Assembly: GCA_036867785.1 (NCBI GenBank)
Contig: CP145414.1
Span: 1,054,001-1,118,000, forward strand
Length of the DNA: 64,000 bases
Source: Plasmodiophora brassicae
Lineage: Eukaryota
Direction of reading: 5' to 3'
Positions 24,600-36,705 of the stretch are shown here, piece after piece. The notes below the pieces were generated by a model that did no database searches, had not been told where the DNA came from, and saw only the letters and a list, made by a program, of their open reading frames with translations. Positions within the stretch are counted from its first letter, which is position 1. Every line of letters starts with the position of its first letter. The translations under genes were made by a program, and so were the position numbers.

Positions 24600-26351
24600 T
24601 CATGATCTGTAGAAAGCGGCCGCGTTCATGAGGCGGTTGGCGTATGGCGTACTGTACAATCCGGCTTCACTCAGAGCGACAGCGACCGCAAACCTCGTGT
24701 CCTTCATGAGCTCCTCGTCGCTGTACCCGAATACGGGCGGAAACGTGCCCGGCGCATTCGTGGCCGCCTGCCGCACCTCAGATGCGACCGTCGCCTGCAT
24801 CATCCGCACCGGATCGCGCTCCACCTCGATTCGAACCTGTGAGCGAATCGCCTCCAACCTTCTCTCGCGCGCCTGAAGATCGACAATCGCCGCCTCTACC
24901 ATACGCCGGCGCTGCTCCCGACGCTCCTGCAGGCACCTGTCCCTGTACTCCACCCGCTCATGGTTCACCTCCTGCATCATCCGTCGGATCGCCCTCTGCT
25001 CCTCCTCTAAGGCCTTCACCAGTTCTGCCTCGGCGGCCGCCTGCGCCGCCTTCTCCCGATGATATTGCTCCACGAGCTCATGGTTAACCCGCTGACGCTC
25101 GCGCCATTGCGCCTACCATTTCGCTGTCAACCGCTGCCGGCGAATGGCCAAAGTTCCCCGTACGTTCTGCTCTTCGCATTTTTGCGCAGCGTCGGCTTCT
25201 GCGCGACGGCGCTGCTCCTCCTCGGCTCGACGGCGCTGTTCCCAGCCGACCCGGACCTCTGCCAGTCGGCCGTGCAGCTCATCGCACCTTTTCTGGCACT
25301 GCCGACGCTGTTCGGCCCGTTGCAGCTCCTCGGCCCACTGCTCATTCACCTGCGGCGTACAGCTGTGGGTACATGGGCTGGGACCCCGGGCGCGACGACG
25401 CAACCTTGGCGGATTCCGAGTCAAACCAGGCTGTGAGGTGCGCCAGGTCGCGCTGCTGGTCCGCCTTGAGGTCCCTGCGCCACGCGCTCGCCGCTCGCGT
25501 CCGCTCGTACCATTCGACGTGTAATCGGACGTCGTCGTCGCTCATGGCGAGGCCCAGTTCCAGGCGTACCCGCTGAAGCAAACGGTCGCGCCTGCGGCCT
25601 TCCTTGCGGAAGTACGCGCGATGCAACCGCTCGAACCTGAACCAGACGTTCAGACGGGGAGCTGTCTAAGGAACATGGCGGGGAGAACCGGTGATGTTGG
25701 TCAACGTTCCAACCGCCAGTCTTCGATTTCGGGTCGATGCCATGCGACTGGCACCATTCGTTGTGCTGCTGGATGCCGTGGTCTCGCCGACGTTTGTAAT
25801 CGAGGCCGATCTGATCTCGTTTCGATTCGAACTCGGCCTGCAGAGCAGCCAGGCCAGGAATGCTCTGTTCAGTACCGGTTGATCGGGTCGAGGACGAGGT
25901 TTCACTGGCAAGGCACGTTGCCGTATCGTCATGGTCCTGTTGAAACCGTTTCCATTCGTTGTCGATCATGTTGGTTAAGTATTCGACGGGGCACGGGATA
26001 TCAATGTCGCCCAGATCTGCCTCGCCGACCTCCATCGCCTCGACACCGGCCAGCTGACACATGCGACCAATATCGGTCTCGAGTCGACGTCTGAGCGCAC
26101 ATGATCAGCATCGCCCATGCTGCAACGGCTACCCGCTCGTTATTACACGGTCAACTGGAGGTCTCGATACTCGGCCGCCCACTCCAGTTTATGCTCTCGC
26201 AATGCGTTGGCGCGGCGCTCCCGTCGCTTCCGTCTATGAACCAGCCCGAACTGGCATTGGTTGGCACTCAACGGCCACACCTTCAGGCCAAGCGGTCGTC
26301 ACTCACGATTTCTTTAAAACGCTTCTCGTTCTCGTCGGACTTCAGCGCCAT
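24600..26351 (-). CDS. CCDC148-like coiled-coil protein (spliced)
   Basis: Coiled-coil exons; GGWNVDQHHRF; C-terminal FGYSDEELMKDTRFAVAVALSEAGLYSTPYA; N-terminal EHKLEWAAEYRDL. Confidence 0.65.
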
Positions 26352-26495
26352 GAAGGGGAGCCGACAGCGGTCCGCGAACGAGATCCCAGATCCCCCAGAT
26401 GATGTGCCAGGCAGTCCCAGACTGAGGAGGCGCTATGTCGATCACGTCATGCCCATTGGCGGTAATGATGCTGTCGTATATACCTAAGGGTATGC

Positions 26496-26945
26496 TTATA
26501 TCGTGAAACCGATGTGCTCTGTCGCGTCCAGGGATTGGCTATCGTCGGACGTTGATGCGCGAATCGTGTCCTGGATCGTGAGGGACAGGTGGCGCTGCGC
26601 CCTGACATGGCGCATGACCTGCCGAACGGATCGTAACCTGGTCCTGCAGGACGGGCACATCGATTCCGCGGAAGGCGTCGCGTATTCGTCCGCGGCCCCA
26701 GCGGCTGTCCTGGACGGCGACGCTGTCGGTGACGATTGCCCTGATAAGGAATAACCGATGACGGACGATAACGAGGGGACGGTGCGACACCAGCAGCATG
26801 GGCCCTGGCCTCGGTTCACTGATTTGCAGACGTGGCCACAGCTGGCTCGGATGTTCCCCGCCGTTTGGAACTCGATCACGGATATGGTTCCCGATGCGGT
26901 CTCGTTCGTGGCCGACCCACCTGGCAGGCAGCAGCAGCGAAACAT
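26496..26945 (-). CDS. Small hypothetical protein with a C2H2-like finger and an N-terminal Cys cluster
   Basis: MFRCCCLP start; CPSCRTRLRSVRQVMRHVRAQRH. Confidence 0.4.
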   Translation of the reverse strand: MFRCCCLPGGSATNETASGTISVIEFQTAGNIRASCGHVCKSVNRGQGPCCWCRTVPSLSSVIGYSLSGQSSPTASPSRTAAGAADEYATPSAESMCPSCRTRLRSVRQVMRHVRAQRHLSLTIQDTIRASTSDDSQSLDATEHIGFTI

Positions 26946-27179
26946 TGCGCCAGACGGGTAGTAATAATTAGCTCGTCCACGTGCACGGCCACGTTCGCCG
27001 GATGCCGTTGCAGCGGCACGGAATGAATACTGATTCGGTTACTAGTCTGAGGTGAGTCACGTCGAGGGCAAGCTGCCAGAGCGGCATGCCGCCAAAGTAT
27101 GAACACGAACACGAACACGAGAGAGAGCGAGAGAGAGTCACGAAAGCACTGAAGGCAGGTAGGCAGATGAGTTTCATAA

Positions 27180-29888
27180 TCAAGGGTGTATAGGGAAGGT
27201 GCATAGTTGCTCAGAGTCGTCAGGCACGCTGGGTGCAACGTCAACTGACACGCTGGCGGCAGGCCCCGATTCGTCCTTCTGCCTCGCTTCTTGATCGGCG
27301 TGGACGGCTTCCTGCTCCTCGGTGACGATATATCGTGTGATGATGCGGACTGGCAAGATAGTGTCAGAGAGCCAAATCGCTACACTAGGTAGGTAGGGTA
27401 ATATAGGTTATCCATACGTACCCGTTGGCAGGTGTGATACTCCCTCTTCGGGACAGCAGATCAGCTGCATGTTCTGTAAAGCGACGTTCAGCCGATCCAT
27501 GAGAAGCGCCCACATGCACGTACCACAGGGATATGTAATTCGTATGCGATGGCGTCGCACGTTTCCTGCGACATCTCGCCGACAACGACAAGGGAATCGA
27601 TGCGCACCTTGGGGTAGATCGAGTCCAGTAGTGCCACGTTGGACACGAAATCGGAAGGAACTTCACTGGGATCTTTGCACAGGTAGGCGATTCGGATCCA
27701 ACTGGCCTGCTCGTTCTCCCGAATATACAATATCGCTTGGAATCGATCATCAGCACAGACTGATTCACAGAGACGATGACCGTAGAGGACCTTTGTTCAT
27801 CACCGGTAAATGATCGTTGGGCGTATAGAAGAGGACCGCGTGGCTCGCTATCCTTTGCATAGCGCGGGTTAACACGTCGTGTAGCTGCGCTTTCAGACCC
27901 GGGAACGGGGACAAAGCCTTCGCAGAGAAATACAGTACTGGGGAAGGAAACGTGAGCTTGCCAACGTGATCCAGCATAGAGTGCTGACGTTACCGATGCG
28001 AAGTAGAATGAGCCTGTAAAACATGAACAGAACAAAGGCGATCGTGATAAAGAAGTAGAACAAGAAGAATCGGAATGTGGAAAGGTTGTCGACCACTGTG
28101 CTACAGAGCGCGACCGAGACCATAGCAAGCGCGATGGCAATTGTCAACCACCCAGCGCGTATCGGACGCTTGATGGAATCTGCACTCGCCATCAGCTGAA
28201 TCCCAGTGTAACCCATTTGCGGAGGAACCTCGTTTGAATTTGATGAGCGAGTCGCCGATGGCGAACAGGGCCATCACGCTGAGGAACGAAATGGAATACA
28301 CGCCGGCAAGAACGGAAACATCGTGTAACAAGAACTGCATTGAGGAGCACACCAGTAGGAACCCGATGATGATCCAGTGATTTGTCTTCCGCCTATGAAC
28401 CTCGTCAGAGCGCATCCATCAGTTGCTAGAGACGCGTACCAGGAGTTTTCCTGTAGAAAGAAGTTGGGCAGGCAACGATCGAAAGCCATGCGTTTGCAAA
28501 GACCAGTGACGCCGACGAAAGCCGTCAGAAGGGAACCGGACAGAACAACAAACGCATCGAGGGCAACCCAGATTTTCAGTCCATTGCCGAAGCTTGGTCC
28601 CCCCGCCGCTTCTGCAATCTTCGACAGCAGGGCTCCCTTACTCCTGACCATTGTCTCCATGGGGAGCAAAGTCAACCCGATCAGACAAAGCGCTGGGTTG
28701 ATAACTGAGGACGCCATCCACATATTCCGAAGGGTCAAAGGAAACACGCCGTCTGCCTGTTCCTAAGACAGAAATGCGCCCGATCAGCAATCGCCGATAT
28801 TGGCAGGACGTCCTGCAGGCAAACCTCTATGAAGTTGGCACTCGTCTCGAACCCCGATATCCCCAAAGAAGCCGCTGCGAATCCAGAAACGAGTTGCCAA
28901 AGGCCAATTTCTGAAGTGTCCCTACAGTCCGTGCTTCAGGTCAACTGACGCCCAGTAGCGTCCGGTTCGTTGGACCAGTTGTGCTGCAGTTGCAGGTCTC
29001 CGCCCACGAACATCGAAACGATAGCAATGCCGATCAGACTCGCAAGGGTACCTTGCAAACACCCATTCATTGACAGGATGCCAGAGCATGCCAGCAACGC
29101 CTACCGAGATGCACCACAAATATGCACTGTGCAACGATCGCCGAGTCCCGTAGACCGCACAACGTAATGAACGCGAAGACGAGTAGGAGAAGTTGCGTCA
29201 TTACAGGGACGCTTAATTGGGGGAACACTGTCGCCAGGTACTGGCATGCCTAGGAAACGCGTTCTGATCGAAACGCACGTATCATCGTCGCCCGCACTAC
29301 CGTGTTCGCGCTGACGGTAGCTGTGGCCACGTACGACAATATGGTTAAGCAGGCCGCTAATGATGCAACTTGTTTCGACGTCGTGTTAAGTAAGCAACTG
29401 AGCAGGCGTTAGCGGTTTCCGACACACGTCGTCCACAGGGCGCCAGCCTACTTGTAAACACCACCGTTACTTGGCAAAGCTAGAACCACTTCACTGTAGA
29501 TGGATCGGAACAAGTAGAGCATAACGCTGACCAGCAGAAGCGACAGCGGTGCAACAGCACCCGACACTGCGATCGTTTGCCCAGCCGAGTCTACAAGAGC
29601 TTGCTTTCAGGACCGCATCGCACGCTAACGCTATCGGTTGCACGTACAGAGGCAGCTAGACGTAATATCATTGCCAGATATGGCCGTCGCCATGACCTGC
29701 CCCAGCTTCACGTGTTGCGCCGGGCGCCGGTCATGCGGCACGCTGATATCCGCGACCGTCAGGGTCGAACTTCGACCCCAGCCAGGCCACTGCCAGTACG
29801 GCACGGATGCTGGCCCCGGACGCTCGTCCGCCTCCCTGTCGTCATACAGCAACCGGCGACGCAGCGACCCCCGAATCGGCGACGGCAT
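27180..29888 (-). CDS. APC-family amino acid permease (many introns)
   Basis: LGQVMATAISGNDITSSCL, GISGFETSANFIE, FPLTLRNMW, DAFVVLSGSLLTAFVGVTGL..RMAFDRCLP, LAGVYSISFLSVMALFAIG. Confidence 0.9.
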
Positions 29889-30060
29889 CGTCGACCGCCG
29901 TCTACTTTGCCAAGTGGCACTTACCACGCAGTTTGTTGTCGACGTCGAAGCCGCGAACACAGAGACCGTTATTAAGCGTTACTGGCTGTGCGCTGGTGCC
30001 GGCAAGCAGCAGTTCATGGCACATGACGATAAGCGATGTATTCAGCGAAATACGGGGTCA

Positions 30061-30356
30061 TCACGGGTCGAAGTCGACCTCATCGTTGACGTGGTCGTGG
30101 TGGCGGAAGCTGAAGTGCTCCTCGCCGAAGGCCTGCTTGCTCGGGTGGAACAGGTTGCCGAGTCCCAGGCCGTGGTTCCATCCTGTGAGGCACAGACGAC
30201 ATGTCAGTGTTCCGAATAATCTCACCGCCGGGTGCATGATCGACTACCGTGATGCTCGTCCTCAAAGTCATCTTCGTACGCCCGAGCTGAAGGCGTCACT
30301 GCGGCCAGAACGAACAGCATTGCCAGAAGAGCGATGAAGAATGACGCCTTCGACAT
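30061..30356 (-). CDS. Small secreted His/Asp/Glu-rich peptide, 76 aa, 2 exons (not in the ORF track as spliced)
   Basis: Exons 30356-30248 and 30182-30061 joined by a 65-nt GT..ctgac..CAG intron give MSKASFFIALLAMLFVLAAVTPSARAYEDDFEDEHHGWNHGLGLGNLFHPSKQAFGEEHFSFRHHDHVNDEVDFDP*. Confidence 0.75.
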
Positions 30357-30563
30357 TGGCACGGGCTCGGTGGACAATGATGCTTGCGTGCGAGCAGGCG
30401 TTTTCAGATTTGAAGGGATCTCTGCTGTCGCTGGCAATCGGTGTTCGTTCCAGTTGACTCATGCGACGAACGATATTCACATCGGCGGGCGTGATTCACG
30501 CCAGAGGTGTACCAGCAGTGCTACAATACATAGTCCGGATATATATTGATGGCAATACGGGTG

Positions 30564-32012
30564 TCACACGATCCTAGCATCAATCTGGTCATCGTCTTCT
30601 AGATCCAGCGACGCCGGCGTGCTTTCCGGTTCAACCTTTTCGCCGTCTAACGTGAAAACGATAGTTCCAGCAATATCTCGGGTCTGCGCCAGTTTCTCTG
30701 CAATGCTGCCAAACGAAGCCGTCCGGCGAACCTGGCAGAACATACGGGTCAGAGGCCGATGGAGTTGTCGTCAGCGAACGTCGAAGTGCCTTCAGCGGAA
30801 TTGTGTCGTTCCGTAACGCCACGTTGAGGATGATCGTATCATCTGAGCAAGGGGCTTCAGATTGGTCCGCCTTCGCTGCCCGCCGTCTCATGACGGCAGT
30901 GGGTTTGACGTCAACGATGGCGATATGTGCACCGTCTTGCAGACCGAGCTGCTCAGGAGTCGCATCAATCAGGAGTTCATGATCTTCGACTGAAAACCAG
31001 AACGGGGTGGAACGCGACTGCGAACAAATTGGTGAACGACGACATGAAACCGACGAAAAGCGTCTTACTTTCGACACAGTCTTGTACAGTCGTGAGAAGT
31101 CTTGATTGGATTTCATGACGATTTTCGTTTGGCTTGCGTCATTGTTCGGGTCGAGGTTGACCATGAATGAGATATTTTCTGGTACAGTGGATGGCATCGA
31201 CAGTTGTGGGATCTCTAGCGAAGGAAGTTCAGCAGCTCGAACGGGAGACCTTGTCGGGCTATCGGGAACAGGGACATCGACGGCGATCGGGCGTAACAGC
31301 GATCTTGCCAGCTTGGATGCGTCGCTAGCTATGCTCAGGTAGCTACAGCTGACCTATTAAGTGGCAGCGTAAAGGCACATGGCGGTCAGGATACCTCTTC
31401 AACGTCGGGTCGTCACTGAGCACCTTGTCGATTTCCTTACGAGCAACCGTGTCTCGGACATTGTACCCATTAAGAAGTGGGTCATGGACGATTCGAGGCC
31501 TCCTGTCGCGTTAATCAGCGATGACCGAAGTAGCAATCCGGGGACAGCTGAGTGAGTACCTCCTTTTTCTAGAAAGCGACGAGGCGACACCGCCGATGAC
31601 AACGCAGTCAGAGTCGGAGGAGGCATCCAACTTTACATGGGGACGTCCTCGATTTCTCACTTTAGGGGCCGGAGTGATCCTGGCGTCATCATCGTCGTCC
31701 TCTTCGTCTAACCACCAGTATTATAACCACGCATTCAGCGTAGAAACCCGTTCCCGGTGACTACCAGACGAAATCACGATCGCAGCAGGCTGCTTCAGGC
31801 GATTCGGGAAGTCAAAGATGTTGCTCGGACCATCAGCGGCAACGGCGTGGCGCTTGGCGAACTTCTCGACCTTCTCGCGCTGACCGCAACGTCAGCCATC
31901 ATCCCACGTGGGGCTCGCGCTCCCAAACCTGCTCTTGGTAGCGCTGGCGTCGCTGCGCGGCGCTGTCCAACAGGACGGCGCTGTCCGCGAAGCCATCGTC
32001 CGACGACGACAT
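30564..32012 (-). CDS. Rad60/Esc2/NIP45-like protein with tandem C-terminal SUMO-like domains
   Basis: Acidic low-complexity N-terminus; FWFSVEDHELLIDATPEQLGLQDG and VFTLDGEKVEPESTPASLDLEDDDQID. Confidence 0.65.
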
Positions 32013-32192
32013 CAGCGGCCGCTGGCGACCGCGCACTTCCGCTGGCGACCGCGCACTTCCGCTTGCCGACTGCGGCAACCGTGCGAATAGGTCATTCGTC
32101 GATCTGGTCACCACGAACGCTGTGGACGGTTTCATTCACCGTTTTATCGGACCACGATCGACTGATCGTCGTCAGCGTCGGCAGACAGGGGT

Positions 32193-32906
32193 TTATTGCG
32201 GTCGCCGGCGGCGGACGCGGATGCGGGTGACGGTGAGGGACAGGGTCTGCGCCAGCGTGTTGATGCCGTCGCCGGTCATGGCGCTGATTTCCAGCAGGGT
32301 GACCGGCCGTGTCGACGCTTCGAGCTCGTCGAGCCGGAACAGCATGTGGCGCTCCCATTTCGGGATGATTTCCGGGACGTCCATGTGCGTAAAGGCGATA
32401 ATCAATGGAGTGTCGGACGGTAGATCGCGTAGGCATCGCATCAAGCCGGCGACGGAATTGCCGACCTCGCAGCGGTCCGATGCATTCACTGCATACTGTG
32501 GCCACAATCAGTACTCAAGGCGAGGCAGCGGCAGAACGTTTCGCGGCTACAAGCAGGGCGCAGCAGGACGACGTATAGGACGGCCAGGACGACATCATCG
32601 CCGAGCCCACTTCCCGGACCATGAATTGCGATTTGTCGAACGTGAACTGGTCAAACTCCACTCCAACCTACAGCACGATAAGATCGACGGCATTCAACGA
32701 TACGGCCTACCGATTGACCGTCGGTTTCGGATCATAGTCGACTTCCGTGCCAGGCTTGCAAAGCGCTGCACGCCGTTGTCACTCGTCGATTACCTGCCGA
32801 CACGGTTCTCGGTACCTTTCAAACGGTTGACGAGGAGCGTCTTCCCAGACGCTGACGCGCCGACCAGCAATACTTCAGGAACGGCCCCCTGTTCGCCTCG
32901 CGACAT
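32193..32906 (-). CDS. ARL16: ARF-like small GTPase, ARL16-like (spliced)
   Basis: LLVGASASGKTLL P-loop, VREVGSAMMSSWPSY (divergent G3), FTHMD, LEISAMTGDG. Confidence 0.7.
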
Positions 32907-33068
32907 TCCCGAACAAAGCAACTGGTCATAGTGCAGTACACCGGCGCAGGCGGTGGGGCCTCCAGCGCCCTGCCTCGCCCGCTACAACTCGCGAATCCTT
33001 GGAGATGATGATCGTGCATGTGCCGATAGTGTATTCGGAAATAGAGAAAATAACGACGCAAGGTGCAC

Positions 33069-33410
33069 TTAGTCGAAGAGCGAGAAGCCTTCGTCTTCCT
33101 CCTCCTCTTCCTCTTCTTCCTCGGGTTCCTCCTCCTTGGCGGCGGCAGCAGGTGCGGCGGCGCCCGGGGCGGCGGCACCACCAGCAGCTGGGCCACCAGC
33201 ACCGGCGTTCAGCAGCAGCTCAGCGACGTCACGCCCCTTGAGCATGTTGACGAACAGCTTGGGCCAGTAGGGCTCAACCTGGGCGCCGGCGGCCGCGATC
33301 ATGGCCTTGACACCGTCCTCAGTCAGGTCGGCACCGTCGTCATGCAGGGCGAGGCACGCGAACGTGGTCAGCAGCTCCTGCTTCTGGATAGCGTCAACTT
33401 CGAACGGCAT
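33069..33410 (-). CDS. RPLP1: 60S acidic ribosomal protein P1
   Basis: ACLALHDDG, VEPYWPKLF, Ala-rich hinge, EEEEDEGFSLFD C-terminus. Confidence 0.95.
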   Translation of the reverse strand: MPFEVDAIQKQELLTTFACLALHDDGADLTEDGVKAMIAAAGAQVEPYWPKLFVNMLKGRDVAELLLNAGAGGPAAGGAAAPGAAAPAAAAKEEEPEEEEEEEEEDEGFSLFD

Positions 33411-33734
33411 ACTTTCCCGAACAGCAGCAACGACAATCGACACACTCGACTGTGAAGCACGATTTAAGCTGTGCCCACGACGCACCGCTCTCGGACTCCG
33501 CCACGGACAAGTACGTTGCGACGATACAGCCGACATTAGCGCGCCGCCGTATAATTCACGGTCCGCGTCTGCGTTATAGCACTGGAATTTGAATGGGCTC
33601 CAGCAGCAGTACCCGCTGAGCGATTCGCGTCACAGCTGCTATTGTCCGACCGGCTGGTACGCTACGTCAGCGCCAGCCGCCAGCCTGGTCGTTCAAAGGC
33701 CTGGCGCCGCCGGGAATACCGGCCGCGTCCTCGT

Positions 33735-36237
33735 ATGGCCATGGCGGCTAGTAGCGATTCCACCGTCAGCGCTGTGGACGGGTCGTCCGAAGTGAGAATA
33801 TGCCATGGCTGTAATGGCGTCATATCTGGGTCGTCGACATATATTCGCGTGGGGTCGGCCAACTTCCACACCGAGCACTTCGTCTGTAAGGTATGCGGCC
33901 AGCCGCTCCACGGCACAAAGTTCTTCAACAAGAAGGGCGAGTTCTATTGCAAAGCCGACTTCGAGCAGTTCTTCCACACATGCCGCGCTTGCAATCAAAG
34001 GATTATGAACGGACGAGTGATCCGGGCGTTAGACGGGTTCTTCCACCCCGAGCATTTCTGCTGCACCTCTTGTGGCGTCCGGCTTGATGGCAAGTTTTAC
34101 AACCACGACAACAAGCCGTACTGTCATTTGCACGGGATCTCGCCTCTCGAGCGCTGCTCGAAATGCGGCGAAGAGGTGAAGGCTGATTCGGATCCTGTTA
34201 GAGCGAGCGGGAAAGTCTACCATAACAGGTGCCTTTCCTGCCATCACTGTCTACGTCCTCTGGCGAAGTCGGGCTCAATGATCTTTCGCAAGGATGACCA
34301 GCTATACTGCCAGCAGGACTACCAGGAGCTGTTCTCGCATCGATGCACGTCGTGTGGCGATCCCATCCTCGTCGACTGCATTGCTGTTAACGCCGAATTC
34401 TACCATAGCAAGTGCTTCCGGTGTGCACAGTGTGGCACGAAACTCGACAAGTACCTGTCTATCGGCGGCGAGCTTCGATGTTCCGATCACATCTCGGCGT
34501 CAACAATGAGAGTGACCTGTTCCGTCTGCCAGGACCCAATCCCCGTTCATGCCGTCATCGCAGCCGTCGGCATGAAATTCCACCTCGAGTGTTTCCGATG
34601 CTCGTTCTGTCAGAAGCAACTGGAAAAGGTGTCAACGAAGCTTCGCGACAAGCTGATCTGCTGCCCAGACTGCCTGGTCACGTCGTCCGTATCTCCTTGC
34701 CTGCCGACCAAAGAAGGCAGCATGAACAAACAGGTATGGATCACTAATTTTGTCATTGACGTCTCCAGTTCCCTAACCTACTTACAGATTCGAGCACGTG
34801 TACAAAGCGTTCTACGATCGTACAGGATCGACCTGGACCAGCCAACATCACCGACGTCGTCTGGGACGTCCTTAAAGCCTCTGAAGCAGAAGCCGTCCGT
34901 ATCAGAAGCAGATTCAGTCCCGCCTTTGAACGTATCGTCCATAACACCGCCCTCGTCGACGACATCGGCTCGTGACAGGAGGAGAATGTCGCCCAGGCCG
35001 TCTTCTGGTCGGCAACATCGTAAGACGAACACCTGGACGCAAGTGCAACCAGCGCCATCCATAGGGCAATCGCCCACCTCCGAACAGAAGCTGGAGTGGA
35101 AGAAAGGTGACCTAATTGGGAAAGGGTCCTTTGGAAAAGTCTACATGGGCATGCTGGTAACCGGTACCCTGATCGCCGTCAAGCAAGTCGACATAAACAC
35201 GTTCGAGGACAAGGAACGTGCTAAACAGCTGCAGAGTGAGATCAACCTGATGAAGCGTCTGCAGCACCCGAACATTGTCGCCCTGCTTGGCACCGAGCAG
35301 GATGGCAACAAGTTCAACATCCTCATGGAATTCGTCCCTGGCAAGTCCATCGACGTCCTCCTGGAAAGGTATACGACGAACGCCTTGTGATAACTGATCC
35401 GTCCCTGACGTGACGCTCTCTCAGTTTTGGGTGTTTCCAAGAGGAGACGATTAGAAAATACACAGCGCAGCTGCTATCCGCTCTCGAGTACATGCACCGG
35501 AACGACATCATACATCGGGACATCAAGGTCTGGCTACGAGCTACGTTCAACCCCGCTTCCATTAAGCGAGAAGCTGACTAGGGCAAAAACGTTCTCGTCG
35601 ACACGACGGGTAACCTGAAGCTGGCAGACTTCGGATCAGCTAAACAGTTCGACAATATCCTGTCGAAAGAAGCGCCCTCAATAGGGTATAACTATACGCC
35701 CCTGTGGACTGCACCAGAAGTACTTCTCGGCAACTACGACCACAAGGTAATAGTCATCTCTGCCCGACACGCCAGCAAAGGGACTGAGGCAACTGTTCTG
35801 AAGGTTGACATTTGGAGCCTTGGATGCGTACTGATCGAAATGGCGACCGCAGCATCGCCCTGGGCGGAATGCAATTTCGACAACCCGTTCCGTGCGCTGT
35901 ACCACATTGGGAACTCGTCGGCCATCCCGAAGATCCCAACGCACCTATCACAGGTGGCCCAGGACTTCATCAGACTTTGTCTGACAAGGTCCGCTCGTAA
36001 CTTTGTTTACATAAGCGACGCTGGTTGACGGCACGTTGCAGGGCTCCGGACGACAGGCCTGATGCGAAGGACCTCATGCAGCACGAGTTCATGAAGGACT
36101 ACTTCGTCGAGAAGGACGAGATGTCGTCAACATCGGACCAGGACGACAACGTCGACAGCGTCCATTCGACTCATTCCGATGATATAGCGGACCTCGGCCA
36201 TGACACCGTCGTCAAGAGAAAGAAGAGCGAGCCATAG
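33735..36237 (+). CDS. STE11/MAPKKK-like Ser/Thr kinase with five N-terminal LIM domains (spliced)
   Basis: Five CxxC..HxxH/C..CxxC..CxxD/H/C repeats; [54 protein letters not shown]. Confidence 0.9.
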
Positions 36238-36705
36238 CATATGTCCCAATCAATATATTATCTCGAAGGTTATATAGCTAGACACATGGCTCCGGGAGTT
36301 GGAGTCGCCGGCAAAACAAGTACGACAGAAAATACACTGACACAAAGTGTCCGGGCGTCGGCTCTCTACGCTGGAGAACGTGAGCTGGCGACAATGCGAT
36401 CGCACAGCGCTCCTTCTACGTTGCCAGAGTCAGTGTCCAGTTGCGAGTACGGCGTTTGCAGTGCAGAGGCAGCAGAGCACGGGGTCTCCAAGAATAGTGC
36501 GCGGCGCAAACTGACGCAGTCCGGGACAACTCCGCGCACTTCGATGTTGACCTGCAGGCTGCAGAACGGTTTGTGGACTGCGCCACACACCCCGGGACAA
36601 GACCTGGAGTGTCAGACCTAATTCGTGTTGCGACATCCCACCGGAATATTGCAAGTCTGCCTCTCAAGACCGAACACGTGCCTGACTGTTGGGGACTGCC
36701 TCGCG

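Noticed and set aside
27101-27140. (gaacac)n/(ga)n tract and other microsatellites (2825-2845, 4295-4330)
   Set aside because: Ordinary simple repeats.
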